Source of the DNA: an uncultured Solirubrobacterales bacterium
GTDB taxonomy: Bacteria; Actinomycetota; Thermoleophilia; Solirubrobacterales; 70-9
Assembly (NCBI GenBank): GCA_963712325.1
Contig: CAVQHG010000005.1
Coordinates: 23,804 to 87,803 of the forward strand
Reading direction: 5' to 3'
DNA length: 64,000 nucleotides
Part shown: positions 8,512 to 16,926 of the stretch, piece after piece
Position numbering within the stretch: the first letter of the stretch is position 1
Layout: each line of letters opens with the position of its first letter
Translations under genes and position numbers: made by a program
Notes under the pieces: model-generated
Told to the model about the DNA's origin: nothing
Databases searched by the model: none
Seen by the model: the letters and a program-made list of their open reading frames with translations, nothing else

Positions 8512-9261
8512 TCAGGATTCGGCGCGAAATGAAATGCCGTCGAGGCTCAGGAAGGTGGCTTCAGGTGGTGCAACCACATCGCCTTCCACTGAGCCGTTGC
8601 CGAAGTTCGACCCCACAACGGCTACGGCACCGGCTCCGGATTCACATGAGAGGCCGCTGCCGGTGCAAGGAACGGCCATGGCCTCAAACTTTCCCCTGGT
8701 GGGACGGTATCCCACGGGTAACCGGAAGATCGGATCGTCGGTCCCCCCTCTTACCTGGCCCTTCAAGTGGACAATGCCCACCTGATCCTTGAAGAACGCG
8801 GCGGTGACACGTTTTCCGCCTTCGTTTTCCCATGAGTTGAGGAATCCCGGCTCACCGGGCGCTCCCACCTCGTGCCAATCCTCGGCAGGCGTGAGGGCGT
8901 TGGCGATGTTGGCGACGCTCGACGAGGACGCCGTTTGAGCGACGATGGCGCTGCCCGCGGAGTTCGCGCTTCCCGCCGTGCCGGCACTCTTTGCCGACGG
9001 CACGGTCCCCAGCTTGGTCAGCTTGATATCCGCCCCGGTCAGCGAGTTGTTCTTCACCTTCACCCCGTTGACCGAGTTCTTCTTGATCTTGTTCTTGGTG
9101 ACCGCGTTGCCCTTTAGCTGGCTGGTACCGACGGCCTTGTTCTTCAACTCTCTGGTGCCGACCGAGTTCTTGCCCAGCGTGAAGGCGACGGCATTGCCTC
9201 CAACCGCCAAGACTATGGCGAAGAGAGCCAAGACGTGAGCCGAGGTGAAGCGCTCGCTCAT
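8512..9261 (-). CDS. membrane-anchored decapeptide-repeat protein, paralog C (tail-fibre-like head)
   Basis: GGGGGAG precedes ATG 9261. Anchor VLALFAIVLAVGGNAVA, repeats KNSVGTRELK/NKAVGTSQLK/GNAVTKNKIK/KNSVNGVKVK/NNSLTGADIK, LGTVPSA, a Ser/Ala/Gly linker, then PAEDWHEVGAPGEPGFLNSW...IVHLKGQVRGGT...LPVGYRP...GISFRA (alignable with paralog B). Confidence 0.75.
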   Translation of the reverse strand: MSERFTSAHVLALFAIVLAVGGNAVAFTLGKNSVGTRELKNKAVGTSQLKGNAVTKNKIKKNSVNGVKVKNNSLTGADIKLTKLGTVPSAKSAGTAGSANSAGSAIVAQTASSSSVANIANALTPAEDWHEVGAPGEPGFLNSWENEGGKRVTAAFFKDQVGIVHLKGQVRGGTDDPIFRLPVGYRPTRGKFEAMAVPCTGSGLSCESGAGAVAVVGSNFGNGSVEGDVVAPPEATFLSLDGISFRAES

Positions 9262-9548
9262 TTCTCCCCCTTTTGATCCGTTGCTTTCGGCCCAAGGGGC
9301 CTCAAGAGCCGAGACTTCACGGACGGTATCCCCGGCCTGGGGGTTGGTCAAGCGAGCAGAAGGGCGAGGTCGATCAATCGCGGGCGAGCCACCCTGCGCG
9401 CCACGGTCCGCCACCTTGCGGGAACTCCGCAGTCGACGCGCGGGCATTTCTCGGATGGAATGTTCAGGAATGCGCCATAGATTCGTGACGAAGACGCTTG
9501 CATCAGTTGGCCCGGGTGCAAGGCAAAGCACGCGACGAGGAGGCGAAA

Positions 9549-9860
9549 ATGCCCACCACAGCCAAAGAGTCCAAAGTTGCATCCGGTCGCGACGCGGTTG
9601 AGAAAACCACTGAGCTGTCCGAGCAGGTGCTCGCACAGATTGAGGGGAGCCAGAAAAAAGCGATCGAGGCAGTGCGCAAGTTCATGGAGTCCGTCGATGA
9701 GGCGCTGCCACCACACGGCGAGAACCCGTCCAGGCGGCAGGAGGTAATCGACTCTGCGCTCGAGATGTCGGAGAGACTCGTTAAGACGCAGTACGACTTC
9801 CTGACCAGCGTCGTGCACAGCGCCGGTGAGGCACTGGGAGCGTCGGGCAAGAAGGAGTAG
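9549..9860 (+). CDS. small helical (phasin-like / coiled-coil) protein
   Basis: GAGGAGG lies 6 nt before ATG 9549. 103 aa, Glu/Lys/Ala-rich helical sequence (ELSEQVLAQIEGSQKKAIEAVRKFMESVDEAL). Confidence 0.5.
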   Translation: MPTTAKESKVASGRDAVEKTTELSEQVLAQIEGSQKKAIEAVRKFMESVDEALPPHGENPSRRQEVIDSALEMSERLVKTQYDFLTSVVHSAGEALGASGKKE

Positions 9861-9869
9861 GCCACGGCC

Positions 9870-10301
9870 GTGAGCCGACTCGGCCTCCCCTCGTTCGATC
9901 GTCTCTGGACGCTGCCTGCGGGTGTGCACAAGGCAGTGGGGCTGATCCCTGAGATCGCCAGGAACACGGCCTTACTGCGCGATGTCGTGCGCGCGCTGGA
10001 GCAGGTCGCCGGGGACACCGATACCCTGGTCGGAATCCGCGAGGACATGGCGCGCGTTGCAGAGGCGACGAGTGTTCTGGGGGCAATGGACGGCAGGATG
10101 GCGGCCATCGAGGAGGCCATGCCGGTGCTGGTTGAGGTCCAGCGCCATCTCGCCCAGCTACCGGAGACCATGGGGCAGCTCCTTACGACGCTCGACGAGC
10201 TCAACCAGAGCGTTGACACGCTTCAGGGGGCGGTGGAGCCGATGGGTCGCCTCGCCAATCGAGTGCCCGGCGGGAAGAAGAGCGCGCCGACGGGCACGTA
10301 G
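9870..10301 (+). CDS. coiled-coil hypothetical protein
   Basis: GTG start 10 nt after the upstream stop. 143 aa with heptad-like Leu/Val spacing (LLRDVVRALEQVAGDTDTLVGIREDMARVAEATSVL...LTTLDELNQSVDTLQGAV). Confidence 0.45.
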   Translation: MSRLGLPSFDRLWTLPAGVHKAVGLIPEIARNTALLRDVVRALEQVAGDTDTLVGIREDMARVAEATSVLGAMDGRMAAIEEAMPVLVEVQRHLAQLPETMGQLLTTLDELNQSVDTLQGAVEPMGRLANRVPGGKKSAPTGT

Positions 10302-10748
10302 CTCACGATCACACAACCGCCCGGCCCGGAATGGCCTTCCCGGCGATAGGGCGGATTGGTTACGGAGGCTCGAAAGGGCGCATTCTCATGCGGATTCAAG
10401 ACTCGCCCTGCCTACGCTTGGCCTCCGATATATCGACAGCCCGCGGGCCGCTGCCTCCGAAAGCATCTCGATGCGCTCGCGAGCAAAAGGTGTCCAAAGC
10501 CGCTCTCAACGCCGCTCCAGAGGCGCGCCAACGCGCGCACTGGGAGGCCCGCGGCCTGTTTCAAGGACCGCCACGCTGTCCGCACATAGATATCGGGCAT
10601 ATACACGAGCGTAGGTCAACCGTCGGGTGCAAACAGGGGCGCCGAGCTTGTTGTTTGCACCAGCGAACCTCCATCCCCAATCGCACAGTCCGAGCGCGGT
10701 GTGGGGGCGGAATCGAGGGGCCCTTCGTCGCGCCGCTGGCGGAGTCGC

Positions 10749-11804
10749 CTAGCTGCGTCGCGGCCGCGGGCCGACCTTGACGCTCACCCTGCCGCCCTGA
10801 CGCAGAACCGTTCGCGGCCTCGGGTGCTGCTTCTTGACCACCGCCTTCTTCGAGCGTCGGCCGCGGACCTTGCCGAGGCGGCAGCCGGCGCGCTTCAGCG
10901 CCCTTCGCGCCGCCCTCAGCCGCTTCAGCCTCAGCTTGGGGACGACGCACTTCTTGGACGACGTGGAATCAGGCGACGTGTAGGTGAAGCGATCGGCCTC
11001 GCTTGGCGCGCTCGTGCCGCCTGCCGTCGTCACCGCCACGTCGACGGCGCCCGCAGCGGCGGCTGGCGGCGAGACGGCCGTGATCTGGGAGGACGAGTCG
11101 ACGCTGAAGCTCGCTGCTGGTGTCGTCCCGAAGCTGACCGCGTTGGCTTCGTCGAGGTCACTGCCGGTGATGACGACGTGGGTGCCGCCTGCGGTCGAGC
11201 CGCCGGCCGGGGAGAGCGAGGCGAGCTGCGGTCGCGGCCGGACGTCGGCGTTGAAGAGGATCTCCAGGTTGCCGGTGGTGGCGCTCGGCGGTGCGCTGGC
11301 GAGTTCGGCCAGCGCCGGCGCCCATAACGAGAAGGCGGAGCCGGGCGCGGTGGCGGTCGCCAGATGGCGCGCATATTGGTAGTCGACGCCGATCAGATCG
11401 CCCGCCTCGATCGCGAGACTGGCCGGGAAGGTGGCGGTCGTTTCCCCGGTCGCGTTGACCGGGAGCGTGGAACCGGCCCCGGTGTACTGCCCGGTGCCTG
11501 TGGGCCGCAGCACGCGCAGGACGAAGTCGCCACCGTAGTTGCCGGCGATGCGCCAGCGGACGATCCTGCCGGAGACCGGCGAGGTCACGTGGGCGCCGGG
11601 CTCGGTGAGCACGGTGTTGGCGTACATGCAGTCCGGTTTCGCCCCGCAGGTGATAGTGCTGAAGTAGGGCGCGGTGAGCGGGCTGCCGACCGTCACCGTC
11701 GCGGCGCTGGCGCCAGCCGCTCCGAGGACCCACACAGCGCAGGCGGCCACCGCGACTCTGACGGTCCGCTTCAAGGCCCTCAATCCCCAAGCCTCGGGGC
11801 GCAT
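10749..11804 (-). CDS. secreted protein with IPT/TIG domain and basic PASTA-like C-terminal tail
   Basis: Signal peptide (VAVAACAVWVLGAAGASA). IPT/TIG-like LSPAGGSTAGGTHVVITGSDLDEANAVSFGTTPAASFSVDSSSQITAVSPP. Tail CVVPKLRLKRLRAARRALKRAGCRLGKV. Confidence 0.6.
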   Translation of the reverse strand: MRPEAWGLRALKRTVRVAVAACAVWVLGAAGASAATVTVGSPLTAPYFSTITCGAKPDCMYANTVLTEPGAHVTSPVSGRIVRWRIAGNYGGDFVLRVLRPTGTGQYTGAGSTLPVNATGETTATFPASLAIEAGDLIGVDYQYARHLATATAPGSAFSLWAPALAELASAPPSATTGNLEILFNADVRPRPQLASLSPAGGSTAGGTHVVITGSDLDEANAVSFGTTPAASFSVDSSSQITAVSPPAAAAGAVDVAVTTAGGTSAPSEADRFTYTSPDSTSSKKCVVPKLRLKRLRAARRALKRAGCRLGKVRGRRSKKAVVKKQHPRPRTVLRQGGRVSVKVGPRPRRS

Positions 11805-11991
11805 GCGCCGAGCCTAGACCGCTCGGCCGGTGTGGTCAACATCCCGCGGGCGTTGGCACGGCGCAGGACCGGGCGCGCGAACCGGCGCCGGTATGCCGGT
11901 CGATGGCCACCCAGTCCATCGTCTTAGGGACGGCAAGTCACCCGAATCAGGACCCTCGCCCGAGCGCTGCTCAGCGTGGCTCTATAGCTAG

Positions 11992-12065
11992 TGGGGCGGG
12001 CTGGACTCGAACCAGCGACCGACGGATTATGAGTCCGCTGCTCTGACCGACTGAGCTACCGCCCC
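11992..12065 (-). tRNA. tRNA with CAT anticodon (elongator Met, or Ile2 if lysidine-modified)
   Basis: The reverse complement GGGGCGGTAGCTCAGTCGGTCAGAGCAGCGGACTCATAATCCGTCGGTCGCTGGTTCGAGTCCAGCCCGCCCCA folds as a cloverleaf. G1:C72 is paired, so it is not an initiator. CCA is not encoded. Confidence 0.85.
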
Positions 12066-12120
12066 GAGGCTCTGATTATGGCCGCAGCCGCGGGTTGGTG
12101 GCTTCGCTGTTGGTGGCGGC

Positions 12121-12561
12121 TCACCGACAGCGCGACAGGCGGCGGTCCAGCTGCAAGCCGGGACCGTAGCCATGGTGTCCGATCTTGAAGCGGGCGACCG
12201 TGAACACGCGGTGGCCGCAGACGTTCCTCGGCGCGCTGAGGCGGACCTTCGTCGAGACGGGCCCGACCATGTTCGCGAGAGACCTCCCCCTTCCCACGGC
12301 CGCATTCGGGCCCCAGTGCCGCCAGCGGATGTGCCTCATCTCCACCAGGAAGGCGAAGGCAGCCGGCCGACCGCGCTGATGGAAGTTGCAGTTCGGTGGC
12401 CGCTGCGCATAGAAGCCCGCGGGCGACTCGACCGGGCTCGAACTGGCGATGCAGATGACCTGAACCGTGTGCGCCGACCGGGCCCAACCCAGCCCCGGGG
12501 CGATGAGCATGACCGCCACGATGGCCGAGAGAAGCGGGGTCAGCGCGGCTGGGAGGCTCAA
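12121..12561 (-). CDS. secreted hypothetical protein
   Basis: A TTG at 12561 gives a signal-like SLPAALTPLLSAIVAVMLIAPGLGWA. The mature part has 4 Cys and a HIRWRHWGP motif. The start is uncertain. The listed ORF start 12714 would overlap the Hpt gene. Confidence 0.35.
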   Translation of the reverse strand: MSLPAALTPLLSAIVAVMLIAPGLGWARSAHTVQVICIASSSPVESPAGFYAQRPPNCNFHQRGRPAAFAFLVEMRHIRWRHWGPNAAVGRGRSLANMVGPVSTKVRLSAPRNVCGHRVFTVARFKIGHHGYGPGLQLDRRLSRCR

Positions 12562-12589
12562 TGCCCCGCCAACGATACCCCGATGCCGA

Positions 12590-12964
12590 TCAGGCGCTGA
12601 ACAGCTGGGCGAGGGACCGGCCGACGTCGGGCGGCTCCTCCTCGCCCGCGGCGGCGGCCTGGGCACCCTCGGCGAGTGCCTTGGCGGCATCGGCGATCTG
12701 GTGGGTGCGGCCACCGCGGATGACGCCGGTCTTCTTCGCTTCGGCGAGGTCGGATTCCATCAGGCCGGCGAGCTCCGCGAGGCGGCGAAGCCCGACCGCC
12801 GCCGCGGTCCCCTTCAGGGCGTGAGCCTCGGCGCGCATCGTCTCGAAGTCGGTGGTCTCGGTCGCCAGGCCGGCGGCGATCACGTCGCAGCGGCGGCGTG
12901 CCTCCTCGGCAAAGGAGGCGAGCATCTCCGGGTCGGGAGCCTCGGCCTTCTTGTCGGCGCTCAT
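12590..12964 (-). CDS. stand-alone Hpt (histidine phosphotransfer) domain protein
   Basis: 124 aa with the canonical phospho-His motif AEAHALKGTAAAVGL in a helical context. ATG 12964 overlaps the stop of the upstream lipoprotein gene (ATGA). Confidence 0.7.
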   Translation of the reverse strand: MSADKKAEAPDPEMLASFAEEARRRCDVIAAGLATETTDFETMRAEAHALKGTAAAVGLRRLAELAGLMESDLAEAKKTGVIRGGRTHQIADAAKALAEGAQAAAAGEEEPPDVGRSLAQLFSA

Positions 12965-14019
12965 CCGGTCGCCTTTTCCAGTGCCCTGGTCATCGCGTCG
13001 ACGCCGAAGGCGCCCTCGAGCGCGGCGGCCACCGTGCCGTCCTTCCTGATCGTGAACAGCCAGGGCTCGGTGGGCAGGCGGAACGCCTTCACCTGTTCGT
13101 TGGTTCCCTTGCCCGGATCGTTGTCCTTGTAGATCTCCATGTGGATGAACGCGGCCTCCCCTTCGTGTTCCTGCTTCACCTGCTCCGCCACGTCGACGAC
13201 GGGCCCGCAGACCCGACTCTGGCAGAACTGGGGGGTCGCAAACAAGAGCGCGATCGGTTCCTTCCCGTAGGCGTCGGCGTAGTCGACGGCGTTCTGGGTA
13301 TCCGGCGGCACGCGCGTGGTCAGCTTCGACAGGTCGCCCCCCACGTCCTTCCTGGTGGGCGTGTGGATGACGGGCGCCTTCTCCCCCGGCCGCGGAACCC
13401 TCTTGACGGTGCCGACGGTGACGCTCGGCAGCAGGCCGCCGGTCAGTTGGTCGCCGTTCTTGACGACGGCGGCAAGCCGCCACTCGCCTTCGGTCGGGAA
13501 GTCGAGCTGGGTCACGTATACGACGGTGGCCGCATCGGGGTCGTTGGTCGTCGTCTGAGCGCGGAAGGCGGGCTTGGTCGCCAGCGTTTCGACCCGCGCC
13601 GGGAAGGGCCCGACCGCCGGTTCTTCGAGCGCTTTGGTCTTGGCCCGCGCGGCGGCGCCCTTGGCGTCCTTCCTTTCCGCCTTCTGGTTGACCTCGGGGA
13701 CGGGGGCCATGTAGATGGCGACTTCGCCGTCGGAGACCGGGCTGCGGTCCTTTTCGAAGACGCCGAACGGGAAGCGGTTCTCTCCCTTGTAGAAGACGGC
13801 GGCGGCTGGTGAGATCACCAATTCGGAGGGGTCGGCGTCTTCGAGGACCTCGGACAGCGAGCGGCCTTCGGGGTCCGGGAACTCGCTCTTCGGCGGCGCG
13901 GGACGGTTTTCCGCGGTGGTCGAGGAGGTGCTTCCGGAGTCGCTGGAGCCGCAGCCGGCGAGCACGGCGGCGACCGCGATCAGGCACGCGAAAGCTCGAA
14001 GCATCGGCTTCAGGCGCAT
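12961..14019 (-). CDS. lipoprotein with C-terminal thioredoxin/redoxin-like domain (SCO/TlpA-like)
   Basis: Lipobox VLAGCGSS. C-terminal LLFATPQFCQSRVCGPVVD (CxxxC in a redoxin context) followed by FIHMEIY...PWLFTI. Confidence 0.6.
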   Translation of the reverse strand: MRLKPMLRAFACLIAVAAVLAGCGSSDSGSTSSTTAENRPAPPKSEFPDPEGRSLSEVLEDADPSELVISPAAAVFYKGENRFPFGVFEKDRSPVSDGEVAIYMAPVPEVNQKAERKDAKGAAARAKTKALEEPAVGPFPARVETLATKPAFRAQTTTNDPDAATVVYVTQLDFPTEGEWRLAAVVKNGDQLTGGLLPSVTVGTVKRVPRPGEKAPVIHTPTRKDVGGDLSKLTTRVPPDTQNAVDYADAYGKEPIALLFATPQFCQSRVCGPVVDVAEQVKQEHEGEAAFIHMEIYKDNDPGKGTNEQVKAFRLPTEPWLFTIRKDGTVAAALEGAFGVDAMTRALEKATG

Positions 14020-14084
14020 CGCGCCATGTTATTGAGAGGGCATATAGGGTGCCGCTACCCGAAGGCGAACCCAAGGAGAGGAAG

Positions 14085-14816
14085 TTGGCGGAGCGAGCGG
14101 CATTGATCACGGGGGCCTCGAGCGGCATCGGCCTGGCGATCGCCCGCACGCTCGGCGAGGAGGGCTACCGGCTGACCGTCGCCGCGCGCCGGGCCGAGAA
14201 GCTGGAGGCCGCCGTCGAGGACCTGCGCGCCGAGGGCCTCGAGGTGGAGAGCGTCGTCGCCAACATGGCGAACGAGGAGGAGATCCTCGAGGTCTTCGCC
14301 CGGCACCGGGATGCCCACGGCCGGCTCGACGTGCTCTGCAACAACGCGGGGGTCGGGATCGGGGCGGCGATGGCCGAGATCCAGACCAAGCACCTCGACA
14401 TGCAGCTCGGCGTCAACCTGCGGGCGCTGATCATCGGCACCCGCGAGGGGCTGCCGATGCTCCGCGAGGCGGGAGCCGAGCACGGCAAGGCGCTGCTCCT
14501 CAACACCGCGTCGATCGCCGGCAAGATGGGCCAGGGCTGGCTCTCGATCTATGCGGCGACGAAGGCGGCGGTGATCAACTTCACCGAAGGGGCCCACCGC
14601 GAGGCGGGCGCCGACGGGGTCCAGTGCACGGCGCTGGCGCCGGCCTTCGTCGACACGCCGATGACCGACTTCGCCAAGGGCCAGGTCCCGGCGGAGGAGA
14701 TGATCCGCCCCGAGGACATCGGCGAGGCGGTCCGCTTCCTGCTCCACACCTCGCGCTACTGCCACGTGCCCGAGATCGTCTTCACCCGGCCCGGTGAGGG
14801 AGTCGGCGGCCCCTAG
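14085..14816 (+). CDS. short-chain dehydrogenase/reductase (SDR)
   Basis: TTG start with AAGGAGAGG upstream. TGASSGIGLAIA Rossmann motif, NNAG, and catalytic YAATKAA. Confidence 0.8.
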   Translation: MAERAALITGASSGIGLAIARTLGEEGYRLTVAARRAEKLEAAVEDLRAEGLEVESVVANMANEEEILEVFARHRDAHGRLDVLCNNAGVGIGAAMAEIQTKHLDMQLGVNLRALIIGTREGLPMLREAGAEHGKALLLNTASIAGKMGQGWLSIYAATKAAVINFTEGAHREAGADGVQCTALAPAFVDTPMTDFAKGQVPAEEMIRPEDIGEAVRFLLHTSRYCHVPEIVFTRPGEGVGGP

Positions 14817-14850
14817 TCCCGGGCGCGGGGCCTCCGCGCCGAGCCGGCAG

Positions 14851-16036
14851 ATGCGGCTGCTGCTCGCCGCCTTCGGCGACGCCGGCCACGTATTCCCGAC
14901 GATCGCCCTGGGCCGGGCGCTGGCGGCGCGCGGCCACGAGGTGACGATCGAGACCTGGGAGGAGCGCCGCGAGGCGGTCGAGGGCGCCGGCCTCGGCTTC
15001 ACCGCCGCCGAGGAATACCGGATGTTCCCGCCGCCGGAGCCCGACTCCGCGGACGGCACCCACGCGGCGGAGGCGGCCCGGGCGCTGCTGCCGCTGCTCG
15101 AGGAGATGCGACCGCATGCGGTGGTCAGCGACATCCTCACCCTGGCGCCGGCGCTCGCCGCCGAGAAGGCGGGCGTGCCGCTGGCAACGCTGATCCCCCA
15201 CATCTTTCCCGAGGTCGAGGCGGGAATGCCGTTCTTCGCGGTCGGACTGCAGCCGCCGCGCACGCGCCTGGGCCGGCGACTCTGGAAGGCGGGCAGGCGG
15301 GCGTTGAACGTCGGGCTCGAGCACGGCCGCCGCGACCTCAACGTGCAGCGCGAGCGCCTCGGCCTGCCGCCGCTGGAGCGCTACCACGGCGGGATCAGCC
15401 CGGCGCTGGCGATGGTCGCGACCTTCCCGCAGCTCGAGTACCCGCGGAGCTGGCCGGCGGGCGTGGAGGTCACCGGGCCGATGGCCTTCGAGCTCCCGCA
15501 CCCCGAGATCGAGCTGCCGCCGGGCGAGGGGCCGCTGGTCCTGGTCGCGCCGAGCACCGCGCACGACTCCGGCAACAGGCTGGTGCGAACGGTGCTGGCG
15601 GCGCTCGCCGGCGAGCCGGTGCGGGTGGTGGCGACGACCAACCGCGTCCGCCCGCTGACCCCGATCGAGGTCCCGCCCAACGCGGTCCTGGTCGACTGGC
15701 TCAGCTACAGCCAGCTGATGCCCGCCGCCGAGCTGGTGGTCTGCCACGGGGGTCACGGGACGGTCGCCCGCGCGCTCGGGGCGGGGACGCCGGTGCTGGT
15801 CTCGCCGATCGTCGGCGACATGAGCGAGACGGCGATGCGGGTCGCCTGGGCCGGCGCGGGGCTCTCGCTGCCGTGGCGCCTCTGCCGTCCGGCGCCGCTG
15901 CGCTGGGCCGTGCGGCGGATGCTCGCCGAAGAGTCCTTCGCCGCCCGCGCCGCGCGAGATCGCCGCCTGGGGACGCGGGCACGACGGCGCGGCCCGCGGC
16001 GCCGAGCTGGTCGAGCGCCTGGCCCGCGCCGTCTGA
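14851..16036 (+). pseudogene. GT1-family (MGT/UDP-glycosyltransferase-like) glycosyltransferase, one frame break near 15950 as sequenced
   Basis: N-terminus MRLLLAAFGDAGHVFPTIALGRAL, C-terminal VVCHGGHGTVARALGAGTPVLVSP. The natural-looking end REIAAWGRGHDGAARGAELVERLARAV-TGA (16034-16036) is in the +1 frame relative to the body. The listed ORF instead reads on through the tRNA. Confidence 0.7.
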
Positions 16037-16040
16037 AGAG

Positions 16041-16114
16041 CTCCGGGGGTGGGACTCGAACCCACAACCTCTCGATTAACAGTCGAGCGCTGCTACCTAT
16101 TGAGCTACCCCGGA
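16041..16114 (-). tRNA. tRNA-Asn (GTT)
   Basis: The reverse complement TCCGGGGTAGCTCAATAGGTAGCAGCGCTCGACTGTTAATCGAGAGGTTGTGGGTTCGAGTCCCACCCCCGGAG has the anticodon loop CTGTTAA and a GGTTCGAGTCC T-arm. Confidence 0.9.
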
Positions 16115-16128
16115 TCGTGCTAATCCAA

Positions 16129-16143
16129 TGAGCTACCCCGGAT
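16129..16143. repeat. 15-nt duplicate of the tRNA-Asn 5' end (TGAGCTACCCCGGAT)
   Basis: Identical to 16101-16115 (tRNA 5' acceptor/D-arm plus 1 nt) and separated from it by 13 nt. The HNH gene stop codon (16133-16135) lies inside it. Confidence 0.8.
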
Positions 16144-16828
16144 TAGACGTCTCAGTGGAATTTACCGGCAAGTCGATCAACCCTGCCTCAACCTCGACAT
16201 GGCAGGTCGCGCAGAGCAGGACGCACTTTTGGGCCTCGACTCGGGATCGCTCGAGGGACCGAGTGAACCCACCGTCGCCGAGATGAAAGTCCTTCGCAGT
16301 GGGATCGAGATGATGAAATTGGAGCGCCTGCTGGCATCGCGAATAGCCGCATACCACGCAGCGACCGCCGGCCTCCTCGACGAGCGTGCGCTTGACGGTG
16401 CGCCGACGCTTCGCCACCGCCTCGGCTCGACATGACGCGCACCGATAGGAGCCCCGCCCCTCGAGCACGAAGACGGCCTGTCCGTGGTGGCGACACGAAA
16501 AGACAGCTCTCTTTGGCTTTTCGGGCGCGGGGGACCGACGCTCATTTCCGGTCTTCAGACCGTACCTCCCTAACCAGTAGCGCACCGTCGTTGCGCTGCG
16601 GCCAACGCGATCGGCGATCTGACGAATAGACAGCCCATCGGCAAGGTGGGATTCGAGCTCGGCTCGGGGAATGCCACCGCGCGGTGCGTTGCTTTGCGAC
16701 CTGACCGCGGAGAGCCCGTGCTTCTTCAGCCAGTAGCTGACCGTCGAGGGGTGCCTGCCGGCGAGCTCGCCGATCGCGTCCAGCGACATCCGCTGGGACA
16801 GGCATGTCTCGAGAAAGGCCTTCTCCAT
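16133..16828 (-). CDS. HNH endonuclease with two tandem N-terminal HTH modules
   Basis: 231 aa from ATG 16828. Repeated HTH units (MSLDAIGELAGRHPSTVSYWLKKHGL / LSIRQIADRVGRSATTVRYWLGRYGL). HNH/Zn core CVVCGYSRCQQALQFHHLDP...LLCATCHVEVE. The region is visibly AT-richer than its neighbours. Confidence 0.75.
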   Translation of the reverse strand: MEKAFLETCLSQRMSLDAIGELAGRHPSTVSYWLKKHGLSAVRSQSNAPRGGIPRAELESHLADGLSIRQIADRVGRSATTVRYWLGRYGLKTGNERRSPAPEKPKRAVFSCRHHGQAVFVLEGRGSYRCASCRAEAVAKRRRTVKRTLVEEAGGRCVVCGYSRCQQALQFHHLDPTAKDFHLGDGGFTRSLERSRVEAQKCVLLCATCHVEVEAGLIDLPVNSTETSNPG

Positions 16829-16926
16829 CGGTGCCCCGATACTCGCAAACGGTGCAGACAGAAAGTTGCGAACACATGTTCGCTCCACGCACCGGCAGGA
16901 GCCGGTGAGCAACTCGTCCCGGGTGG

